DNA of 64,000 nucleotides from Daphnia carinata (Eukaryota): contig NC_081333.1 of assembly GCF_022539665.2 (NCBI RefSeq), positions 7,254,001-7,318,000 of the forward strand. Reading direction: 5' to 3'. Numbering within the stretch: position 1 is the stretch's first letter; each line of letters begins with the position of its first letter. A program made the translations under genes and the position numbers. The notes beneath the pieces were generated by a model, which saw only the letters and a list, made by a program, of their open reading frames with translations, made no database searches and was not told the DNA's origin. Shown piece by piece: positions 53,917 through 64,000 of the stretch.

Positions 53917-56900
53917 TTTCCCGGCTCAGTGAGACTATCGACAACCAGGTAGAAAAATGACAGTGACACCTTGCGGACTCGAATGAACATGAGCAACGTT
54001 GCCATCCAGAAATAATAGTAAACCATTACAAAAAATGGCGAAAATTGAATCCTGAATTTGTGGTGAACTGATGACTTCGAGACTTCGTAGCCTACTTATA
54101 TTAGAAAATACAGGTATGTCCTTCTTCCCTAACTAACTTTACTGATTCTCGGCTACGTAACCTTGTGTTAAAAATATTATTTTGTTATGAAAAACATCAC
54201 GAGGAAAATGAAACAAAACAAGAACTCAAATCAAGCCTGGCTGTCGTTACAGTCAAGGACACGAACGATACAAAGCTGGAGAGGTAAACAGAAAGGGGAA
54301 CAGAAAAGGTGAATTGAAACAATCTGTATTTTTTGCCATGCATGCCTCTTGTCCCAATTTGTCTACTTTTGACAACATAAAAAAATCATTAAATAGTTTT
54401 TACGATATGTAGAGAAATTGATAATCTATTCAGTCACGTTTTATTGATTTTCTTTATTTACCAATGAATGACGGGAGAAAATTTAACAGTTGCTCACGAG
54501 AAAATCAAACACCTACAAACTGTAGTTAATTGCTAGATACCTCAAAAACTTTTAAATCTTGAGAAATGACAATTATTCCAAAACACCCTATTTGCTAAAT
54601 TCTGTCAAACAAGATTTCCTCAGCGTATCTTTTTTGCATGGCGAAATAGAAGTTTTGTTTCAATTAACCTTATCTACCCCCTAATGATATAAAACAATAT
54701 AAATCTATTTTGACAAAATCAATACCAGCTGGTTCAGAGGGCATCTCCTTTAAAAGGAAAGTACTTTAAATCGTTCCACGAAAACAGATAAGCATAAAGC
54801 TGGGGGAGGGGCATCGCCTCTTTTATGTAAGAGCTCTCAGTCAAAACAAATCCAATGTGGTTTGCATGCCTGTCTATGCAACCAGACCGTTGCATTTTTC
54901 CTACCTTAGGTTCTTTGTGTGAATATATCATGTTGAAATTCTTCGCATGTGTCTCGCTCGCCTTACCGTGGACAACAGGTAAAGATGTGCCCTTTACCTA
55001 ACCTATTCCATAGAATGGGACTGAAAGAGAGAAAGTAAGGGAGTGGGACACATAGCAATCTCAGATGCGCACAATTCACTAGTCATACAATACATAACGG
55101 AAATAAAACACGTACAACTTGCGCTCGTTTCCGCAAGAATAAAATGACATTTTTTTTTCTTCTATACAGATCAAGTTCAGATTATACCACTGATTCCATA
55201 TTTTGGAAATTCCGTTGTATTTTGCATAACATCGTGTTTTTCTAGTTTTGTCGATAGATTCTTATCGTAGTAAAACCACTAAATAACGGATTCCTAACTG
55301 ACGAAATGATTCAGCATAGGAGCATATTCGGGTCGTCACTGACCTAGTTCTTTTAAACAAAAAAAAACACTTGAGGTTGAAATTAAAAATCGGTGACTTC
55401 GCCAAGAATTTTGTGTGATAAATAGAAAACTTAAGTTCGTTTGCTGAAATCATTTCCGTCATGGTTGACATTTTTCAAAATTACGTTTAATACTAGACTT
55501 TGGGTGGAAGATCTCGCAAGGTGGTATCGGAATTCCCTACCGAGAATCCCTTAAACGAGAAATTATAAGGAAATGCACTCAGGCAGTGGGTAATTCCACA
55601 ATTCCCACAATTAAAGTCGTGGAAAATGATGATGGAAGTCTAAGAGGTTACTCGGGGATCACCCCATTTGAAACCAAGAATCGTCATAATCCATGGATTG
55701 TGATAAGTCTGGTTATGGAAGAGCACTGTACGACGTACGTCATGAGCTGAGTTAAATAGTTCCAGGTAGAAAATCACCACTCTTGTGATGTAATGTAGGG
55801 TTCCAAAACTGATCGGATTCGCAAATTTTGACATATTTCAAGGGATCAGTTGGGAAAAAAAAAATCTATCGTTTCGTCTATCTCCCTCTCTGTTTTTCCC
55901 CTCTCCTAATGGAACTAGTGATAAAAAGATTTGATTTATTCTTAGCAATGTTTCAGTTAAATGTATGCATAATTCATAGGGAATAAGCAAGCTCTGTAGG
56001 GCACTAAATGTTCCCCTTTCTATTGTGATCGGCCTCTTTCCTTTCAGTGACAATCCCCACCGGCCCGATTTTGTACCGTTGTATCTTTTTTCGCACCTGT
56101 TCGCGGCACACAAAGACACGAAAAACTCGAGAGAAAAAAACCTTGTTATCCGTTAACAAAGGATATATCTAGTGTGTACACGTCCGCCTACGCTTCTTCT
56201 GAACGGCCCAAAAATATCAACCAGGTGAAGAATAGGCATTGAAGAAAACGACGATAGAAAAGGCTTGCACTTGTGACAGCAGAAAGATTGAAAGAACAGG
56301 AGGCGGATCCTCCATGTTTGGAACAATCCAGCCCACGGAATATAAGAGGATTATTAGTTTTCTTTATTATTATTTTTTTTTTAAACTCCTTGTTCTATCT
56401 TTCTAGTTCTCTTACTCCGTTCTATTACAATGCACACTCCACCTTCGGACCTATTAGTGCGGCGTATTGATGAATCCTAGTCGCAGCTGACGAGGATTAA
56501 TATCTTGTCGAAAGCGGGCAGATGGCCTTTCCCGTCTTCCACCCCTTTAACCCCAAGGTCGAGGCAGTCAAAGTTATACTTGCTATACCAACTGCTGTTT
56601 CCGTAGTTGCACTGCTGCTGTTCCACTTTTCTTTATTTAACAACCACACTCCTCTTGTAGTAAATGTCGGCGGAAACGAAAGATGTTCATGACCTGAAAA
56701 GAAAAAAATGAAGTAGGCTCACTCAGGCTGATTTGGACGTGTGCACATGTACACAGCCAATGCCGCGTCCTACAAGCAGCTAATAGGCGAAAAAGATCCC
56801 GCCTCTCTTGTGCTTTATTAGCCGCATGTGTTTAGAAAGGGTGCCAAATGAATTTCCAAAATCTTCTATCTTTAGCTCTTAATGACTTGGAGCTTGCTTA

Positions 56901-58671
56901 AACATTAATTTGGGGGGAAAGATAAAAAAGCACTTGGACAAAAGAGAAATATTGTGGTCCAGTACTTATGAAAATCATTGTGCTAGGCACGAAGTACTTG
57001 TCAATCGTCTTTCAAGAAACTTTTCAGGGAAATTTTTTGGACTGTGATCACGGCCGCCCAAGAAAAAAGAACATCTCGTTCTTTCCAAATTCGTTGAGAA
57101 TCTTCTTTCGCTTGTACATAAAATAGATGGGTATCACGATCTTGTTCAAGATCTGAAATCAAACCTGAAACCATGTTTGTTCACTTCCTATGAATGTTTT
57201 CTTCGGTTTCAAAGATATGGCCGTTGTTGAGGTCCATACTACAAACTGTCGCCGAGGCAATACAAGAAGAGCCAAAAGGGATGAGTTTCTAATTCATTCG
57301 GCCGATGTAATGCGAGGCTATGGTCGACGGAATCTCATCCCTACGAATGTTATGTTTACTGAACCCTGGTCGAAAGACTATCATTTGTCCGCGGATGGGC
57401 TGCAACTTGTTATGCACTGGAACTCGAAGCCTTCGGTCTACGATAAACAACAAACCGGCGACCGCGCAGCTTCTTAAAAACTCCTCCGCAATGCGCAGTC
57501 TTCTGTGTTTAGAAGGGAATGGAATTTCTTTTGACCATCTGAGGATCGCCATCAGCGAAGGTAAATCTCTCTTTTGCCATTCTGTGCGCCGGTCTTTCCT
57601 CTTTTCGCTTTAGTGTGACGCACAGAACTACAACAGCGGATGCTTTCCATCGTGTTAACAGTTATTAAACCAGGCCAACAAAGGAAGGCTAAAACGGCGC
57701 CATCGTGGACGCTAGGCGCCCTCCCCCCAATTGACGATGAAGGACGTAAGAGGGGATCGATTTTTTTTTCTTCATCTTCCCCACGTATGCCAGCATACAA
57801 TGTTCGACTGGCAACGGAAATATTCAATGAGCTACCACCTTTTGTGTCGCCAAACACTTTTTCGGCAGTTCTCACACCGATATACATTCAACCGTAGCAG
57901 GGCTTTTTTTTTCTGATCATGAAATTGATCTACTTCAGAAACGAGTAAAGCGAGTTCTTTTTTTTGTTTGTTATATTTATACCAAATGAGATTTTTGAAA
58001 AAAAAAATCATACTCACTAAAGACACGCACACATACGCATACAGAAGGTATGGCAAGGGTTTGGGTGTAGTAAAATGGAAAGAGTTCAACATCAACTGTG
58101 AGCAATATGATGATCGCTTCGATCATCACAGATGTGGGAGACGTCCCAAGGTTTTTTCAACAATCGATAGTATTACTCGCGCTCCGAAAAAAATGCACTA
58201 CCACTACCAATGTACAAAATTTCACGTCAATCGAACAGAAAATAAGACTTTTTTTAAAAAATATTTTTTGTGGACAAATTTCTAAAAAAAAAAAATTGAA
58301 TGATGTTGGGAGAGAAATAGGAAAGAATTGAAATTCCCACCGCGTTAAAAGGACCACTCATGCGAACATAGAAAAAGTTGGGAGAAGGGAGAGACCATCG
58401 GGACTTCTGCATTGCACATTTGTGTTGTGTGTAAGATTTGGGGAAAAATGGAGCGGAGTGCGGGGTGAGAACCAATGGCACATCCCGGGGAATTACTAGG
58501 GTAAACGGAGGGGGAGAATCATAACGGAGAACAGGATGGGTGAAAATGGGTAAAAAAAAAAAGGGACAAATTCATACACAGACGAAGGATCCGCTAAGGA
58601 CGAAAAACAATTAACTTATTAATTTTTAGTTACTTTCTTGTGTGGTTTGTGTTTCTTTTCTAAAATGAACA

Positions 58672-61600
58672 TTAAAGCAATTCTAATCGTCGAGAGGTAG
58701 ATTTCGTTAACGGTCGGCCCGACTTGCCTTCGCCGTTGCAAGACTTGGTTTTAGCTCGGCACTTGCGCAGCTCTTCTTCGCGACCCTGCTGGTTCATGGG
58801 CAGGTAGCCTCTGGGTTCACACATTTCGTCAAACTGCTCGTAGAAGGCCTTGTAGCCACCGAGGAGTAGGTAGACCTCAGGCCAGTGAAGGGCCGGGTAA
58901 TTGTCCTTGTTGTCATCGCGGTCCTTGTTACGCAAAAACCGAGAGCTGATGGAATCAGCGAGACAACACACAAACAAAACAAAACAAAAAAATTCAGTTC
59001 AAGTCGAGTCCTAGAAGTAGTAGATAAAGCATCAAGGGCACTTACAGAGCTGGTCCTCTCTCGGAAGAGAATTCACAGTGGAAAATGAGGATGTTCCTCT
59101 TCTTCTCCTGATCGTGGGTGGTCGACGGGGCTTGCTGTCTTTTCCCCTCCATAAAGACGCTCCACACCATATCTTTGGTCCACAGGTTGACGGCATCGTT
59201 AATATGGCCGTTCTCGTACTCATACGGATATCTAGAGAACAAAAGAATGCCCATCAGGAGTTGAAGACAATGTCGAGAAAATAGAAAGTCCAAAACTACC
59301 TGCAATCAATGATGGTATATTTTTCTACGTAATCCTGGAATTTGCCGTTGATCAAATCTACCAAGGTCTGCGGCGTAATACACTTTAAATCCTGATGTTT
59401 TCCTGCCGTTAGCGGTAGCGCAAAGGGTCGGGTAAAATCTCCGATGAGGTCAGGCTCTTCCGTAGCTGAAAGGCAAATAAAAAGAAGGATGTCGTTATGT
59501 TAGATTTGGGGAAACGGAAAGCCACATGACACTTTTAAATGCAATCCGGCTGAGAAAAGAGCAAGGCCTGGGGGAGGAAAAAAAAAAGAGGGAACTTACA
59601 TCGTTGAAGGGCGCGCATAATAGTGGCTTCCGTCTCCGAATGGCATCTCTGGATCCGATGGGGTAGCCTCGACAGAGCCGCCGTTTTGTTGTTGTTCCCG
59701 ACATTGTGATCCAAACTTGTGAACACGGGTCGGTCGTCATTGTCGTCCTTCCGCCTTTTGTTTTCCTGCTGTTGGACAGCGGAATCCGCAGACGAGGGCT
59801 CGCTCCTCTTGAATGGGGGACCTCCAACCTATATCCAAAGCGATCAGATAACCACAATTATCACAACCATGTTCCGGAATGGAAAGATCAGAGGGGATCG
59901 AGAGGGTGTCACTTTACCCACTCAAAGTTTGATCAGTTTTTTGGGGAAAAAATGGAAGATATCTTACCGGCTGAATTACTCGTGAGGGCTGCATACGCAA
60001 TCTCAAGGCATGTAGGCCTAGGGGGGGAAGGGGGCTCGATCCAGAGTCTTCATCCTGAAGGAACAGGCCACGGGCTACAGGAGACTGATTCAAAGGCGAA
60101 TCGTAGCACGCATTGCGCGTCTAAAAATTTTAGAGAAGTAAATATCAAGCACTGATTCACACAATAAAAAAAAAGATATCTAGAAATTAAAATAAACGAG
60201 CCCTTACAGTTGGGGTAGCCTGGTCGAACATGGATTGTGACCGCCGGAACGAAGGTCGGCCGAACTTTTCGACGACGGCAGCTTCTTTGGGGACACGGAG
60301 GAATTCATTATGGCCCATAGACTCGTCAACCTTAGTCTTGGCGACACTGTAGGCTGGAGGAGACAGACTGTCTTCATGACTGAACTGTCTAGTGGCGCGC
60401 TCGCTAAGCGGGGTAGCGATCAGCTGACTCAGTGAAACTGAGGTGGGTAAACCCTGGTCTTCCTCCTAAAAGACATGCACTCATTAGCCGATGTGCATCA
60501 TCGATAAAACAGTCAACGGGGTATAGTCACCTCGTACAACTCGTCGGGGATTCCCTCATCATCTCCGTTAGACATGAAACTGAAGTCCAGTTTAACTGGC
60601 CCGTCGTACTTTTGTGAACCACCTGAAACGATAAATGATTAAACGTTAATTCTCAACACTGGGCATAAGGGATTGACAGTAAACCTACCAGCACTCAGGG
60701 AACTACTGCTGGAGCGTATAGAGGCAGGGCTGGTGTTGCGGTCCGACATCCGACGGTGGCACAAGGGCTCTGGATACCTGGAACGCGCCAAAAACAACAC
60801 AACAAAAGAAACAAAAAATTATTCTCCCTTCCTTTTTCCACTCGTCAAACCTCGAGCTAATGACAAGTTGATGGCTTTTTACTTGAAGTATTTGGAGTCT
60901 TCCGGAAAGCAGCCACTGTCTTGAGAGTCAACATCCTCTATACTTGGAAGGCGTGTCGACGGAATGCCAGACGACACGGGCTGAGCAGGCTTAGCGAAGT
61001 TTGTCTGGAGACAAAATCAAGATTGTTAACGGATCTGTATCGTCTCCGAGTCAAGACCAAAGTCGCCTACCTTGATGGGACTGTTGATGTCGACACGAGC
61101 CTTGTTGGGACTGTTGACGTCGAGACGGGTTAGAGCCAGTCGGCGCGGACTGCGTCTGCTGATAAAGTCCTCGGCGCTCTTGGGCTTTTCGGGGGAAGCA
61201 ACGGCGGCGGCAAAGGATCGAATTGAAGTGTAGCTGTTTTCTTTTTCACTCAGCGAACCCAGTAATTCGCCGCTGGTGAGGGCTAGAGATCTTTAAAAAT
61301 AGAAAAAATGAAAATGAATACTAGTTCGACAAGACGCACTTTCGTTGGAAACATTTCACGGACAAAACAATAGAAAATGCGTGCCAACCTAAGGCTTTTT
61401 TCAGTGAGAGACAACTGTTTCCAGTTCCAATAGGACATAGTGCGATCACAGGTATGCATTGGAACAACCAACACACACACAAGTTTGAGTTGCTGGAAGG
61501 TTACAAAAGACAGACGAGACCAGAGAGAAGATACGAAACAGTGGACAACGGATCAACGACTGACAGTCTGTTGAAGAAGAAAAATCTATTTCTCAATTTC

Positions 61601-63795
61601 CTTCGAAGGGCTCCTCCCAGACCTCTCCCCTCGAGTTCCAAGCTATTCTATTCGCAAGCTCCACCCCCTACTACCCCCAGGATCCCCTTTCCCTTCTACA
61701 TTGTCTCTCGGGTTCCATCTTCGCACTAAGTTGAGTCCTGGATCGGCACGGCAACACTATTGCGTTCTGAAAACTTCACCTTCAAGCCGTCATAATTGCG
61801 ACAAATCAGGCCGTAAGACCAAGAAAAAAAAATTGATAAATCCCAGTCCCAAAGTGTCAAAGGTACGGCGCCAGTTTTTAACATTTCTGTGCTGTGGGAA
61901 AAGCTGCAATGGGCACAACTTATGTAGTACTGCGTCAACGCAGACATGTGCCAGACCTTACATTCATAACAAAGACTTCGGAGGGTGACGTTATAGCGGA
62001 GGGGAAGAACATAGAGGGTCATCGCGCACACGCACACACAGAGCGGAAGAGGGAACTCTATGAAACTGTGAGCCGGGGAGGAAGCATTGAGCAAATATCT
62101 ATAAGGGCAGGGTGGATGGATAGAGGAAACACATTCCACATATGGCCACCCCAAAGCTCGCGATGATGGTCCCATATTGCATCCGCCGAAGAACCGGCAT
62201 AGCACAACCGACTTGCTCTCTTCTCCCCCCTTCTCGTTCACACAGTCGTAAAAAAACGCCACAACGGACGGAAGGTTTTGAATTTTCCCGCCTGCTGACT
62301 TTGGCTATATGCTGGGGGACGGTTGACGCGGCTACAAAGATTCTGCCCCGGGTTTCCGATTTCTCACCCCAAAATATAACACTAGCTTTTTTTCGAAAAA
62401 AAAGGAAAAAGAGAGCGCAGACCTTCGGAGACAGGAAAGAGCATCGGAGGATATTTAAACAACCCAACCGAACAGGTTAACGGTCTTGCCCAAGGGCACG
62501 AACCGAAAAACCTTACTCAGTCTCCCGAAACGTCTCCAGGCATTCCAACTGCTGCTGGCTGCTGCTCTTCGCCCGTTGAAAGGCAGATGGCTTGCACAAG
62601 CGCCTTCAAACCCCCCCGCTCGCTCCGGATTTCAGCAGCTGTTGGCTTTTTTTTCCTCCCGAGTATAGCAACCCTCCCTCTCGTTACATTTCCTCACTGA
62701 GAAATCATTACGTTCGAAATCGGTTCACGTATACGAGCACGTGTGCGTTATACATTGTCTGCGCTGCTAGTAACCGAATATTGCTATCGCGCCTTATCGC
62801 GCTGGCCGTCTCGAACCACTTTGACTCGATCTCCAATTCCAGTGGCAGACTTGTGCCCCATTCAAAAAATCTTGATTGACCCAACGGTCTCTCGAAAAAC
62901 ATCAGGTCGGTTGGGAAAAAGGAAATGGGCAGTGGTTGAGGGAAAGCGGGCCAGAAGGAGAGCGGACAAAGACAACAGGGCTCTACAAAGTCAAGGACGG
63001 CCATCCAACTTTCTTGTTTTTTTCTTCATCCCTTCCAAAGCCCGTCTTGCCCTTTTTTTCGCGTTGTGCCGTCCACTTCCCACTGACACTTTGTGTGGCC
63101 AAAGTCAAACCAAACACCAACGGTCACTTTTTTACTTTCTACGGCTCTCCTCCTCTTTCAACCTCAAAAAGTTGAAAGATGCTGCCGCTCGATAGCTGAA
63201 GCTTTTCTTCTTTTTGTTACTTTAGAAATAGAGGAGGGAAAAGAGGTCGATCGAGGTCGCATGAAATCGCATTCTCTCCAGTGGCTGTCGCTTCATTTGA
63301 AGGGATTATCACCATTTAAACCCTTCCTATTACAGGCACTGCCCACCACCACAAAAACGAAAACAAAGGAAAGCAAAACATACCCTTTGGTGCCTACGAA
63401 GGTTTCCATGTCCGCGTCCAAGTTATCTAAACAAAAACATGAGGATCAGCAATAGTCATGCACTTTCTGGCTACAACCCACATGTCATTACACAGGAAGA
63501 AGGCATGAGGGTTGACCACACAAAAACATACACCATAAACAGGAAATGCATTGTCTTTGGTATAACTTTTGCTGCTAGGTATTGAATTACCATGAGATAA
63601 GAATCTTCTTTTTGGAGTTGAGTCCAGGCTGGCACCGCTCAGGTTATGCACCAAGTTGGTCATGGGAGACATCACAGCCATTTCAAAATTATTTGATTTT
63701 ATTTTGCTGAGATTGGGTAGCCTTTGACTGGATTCCAAATTTAAGTTTCGTTGACTTTTGGGACGAGACTTCCCAGTGCTGTTCTCACTTTCCAT
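58672..63795 (-). CDS. cdc25: Cdc25 M-phase inducer phosphatase (string-like), rhodanese catalytic domain
   Basis: N-terminal SPMTNL...TPKRR; KEN box and SPxK sites in exon 61071-61282; IQRCHSETEA; DLIGDFTRPFALP, KHQDLKCITP, IIDCRYPYEYENGHI; catalytic IFHCEFSSERGP (HCX5R); YPALHWPEVYLLLGGYKAFY, CEPRGYLPM; stop at 58672-58674. Start inferred at ATG 63795. Confidence 0.93.
61071..61130 (-). repeat. 30-bp tandem duplication inside a Cdc25 exon
   Basis: Units 61071-61100 and 61101-61130 match at 25/30 and encode TRLDVNSPNK / ARVDINSPIK. Confidence 0.85.
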
Positions 63796-64000
63796 GTTGT
63801 ATCAGAAAGCAGTACTTCACGAAGATATTTGAAATGGAAGTACTAGAACTGAACAAATAAAAGTTATAAAGAAGAGAAAGATTATCAGTAATTTGTTGCT
63901 TGTTTACGAAAGATAGTGAATGTCTCAAAACTCCCAGAAGAGACTAGTTTCATGCAACACAACGTTTGAGGCAACGGAAATCTGAGTTGGGGGAACAGGA

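Noticed and set aside
56480..56545. Hammerhead-like core CTGACGA...GAAA...GTC
   Set aside because: Stem II does not close properly, stem III needs a bulge next to the core, and no stem I partner exists.

Overview
Eukaryotic, intron-rich arthropod genomic DNA. The short (about 55-75 nt) GT-AG introns, gene content and microsatellite style suggest a Daphnia-like branchiopod crustacean (inference). Nine spliced protein-coding genes were reconstructed by hand: a small secreted Gly/Pro-rich orphan (-), ionotropic co-receptor IR25a (-), a GPI-type two-lobed transferrin (+), REEP1-4 family (-), JMJD1/KDM3 histone demethylase (+), TMEM256 (+), CPEB2-4/orb2 (-), p24alpha TMED4/9 (-) and Cdc25/string (-). 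The most unusual feature is a roughly 350-bp element at 41199-41554. It is bounded by 24-bp inverted repeats that contain piggyBac-like TTAA/CCC ends, and its non-coding interior is a chain of hairpins whose G-U wobbles and cUACGg tetraloop favour a minus-strand structured RNA. Its termini also read as a 5' splice site and a branch point. Other notable points: all four iron-ligand tyrosine positions of the transferrin are substituted and one exon has a 1-nt frameshift; KDM3 and CPEB have candidate internal promoters; Cdc25 has a predicted 14-nt microexon; and there is a foldback element at about 42.7-43.1 kb. No tRNA, rRNA or CRISPR array was recognised. Exon boundaries were read by eye and no searches or folding programs were run.
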